From Octopus bimaculoides (taxonomy: Eukaryota): DNA of 64,000 nucleotides. Shown here in pieces: positions 63,445-64,000 of the stretch. The notes below the pieces were generated by a model. The model searched no databases. It saw only the letters and a list, made by a program, of their open reading frames with translations, and had not been told where the DNA came from. The translations under genes and the position numbers were made by a program. The first letter of the stretch is position 1. Each line of letters begins with the position of its first letter. The stretch lies in contig NC_068983.1 of the NCBI RefSeq assembly GCF_001194135.2, positions 37,435,693-37,499,692 on the forward strand, written 5' to 3'.

Positions 63445-64000
63445 CATGGCATCATCATCATCATCATCGTTTAACGTCTGTTTTCCATGCTGGCATGGAT
63501 TGGACGGTTCAACTAGAGTCTGGTAAGCCAGGAGGCTGCACCAGGCCCCAATCTGATCTGGCAGTGTTCCTAATGCCAACCACTCTGAGAGTGTAGTGGG
63601 TGCTTTTTACATGCCACTGGCACAGGGGCCAGAGGAGCTGGCATCGACCATGATCGGATGGTGCTTTTTACGTGCCACTGTCGCAGAAGCCAGTCAAAGC
63701 GGCACTGGCATCAGCCACATTCAGATGGTGCTTTTTACATGCTACTGGCATGGGGGTCACAACTACAATTTCCATTTGATTTGATTTTGGTATTGATGTT
63801 GATGTACTTGACTCAATAGGTCTCCTCAAGCATGGCATGTCACCCTACAATCCAAAGTAATTTTTTGAGTGGGCTGGTTATGCAACACTGGTGCAGGTTA
63901 AAGCTGTGGACTCACTTCATTTGCCGGGTCTTCTCAGTCACAGCATACCTCCAGAGGTGTCGGTCTTTTGTCATTGCTTCTGTAAGGCCCAACATTTGAA
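63445..64000 (-). mobile_element. RTE-type 3' end element running off the window
   Basis: (CAT)n then CGTTTAACGTC...TTCCATGCTGGCATGG. The segment TTGCCGGGTCTTCTC is the reverse complement of the start of the 62768 copy. Confidence 0.7.

Overview
This is AT-rich eukaryotic DNA (roughly one-third GC by eye), dense with repeats, with six N-gaps and many microsatellites. The repeat repertoire looks to me like an octopus (coleoid cephalopod) draft assembly: tRNA-headed SINEs, RTE-LINE 3' ends with (GAT)n tails, TTAA and hAT MITEs. That assignment is from recall, not a search. The only well-supported protein-coding locus is a structurally complete but defective Ty3/Gypsy LTR retrotransposon on the minus strand (53248-59635). 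It has ~97% identical LTRs, a 4-bp ATAT TSD, a tRNA-Leu PBS, a PPT, gag with two zinc knuckles, a frameshifted protease, and an open RT-RNaseH-integrase frame. Two decayed RTE LINE coding relics lie at 16190-16705 (+) and 46230-48650 (-). No host gene can be named, but a CpG-rich patch at ~36140-36450 looks like a promoter or first exon. Other observations worth a second look: a two-template local insertion (27321-27727), a fold-back duplicated LINE tail (51123-51258), a stem-loop VNTR inside the RTE tail family, and several long hairpins. I found no prokaryotic-type system (CRISPR, operon, rRNA or true tRNA gene).
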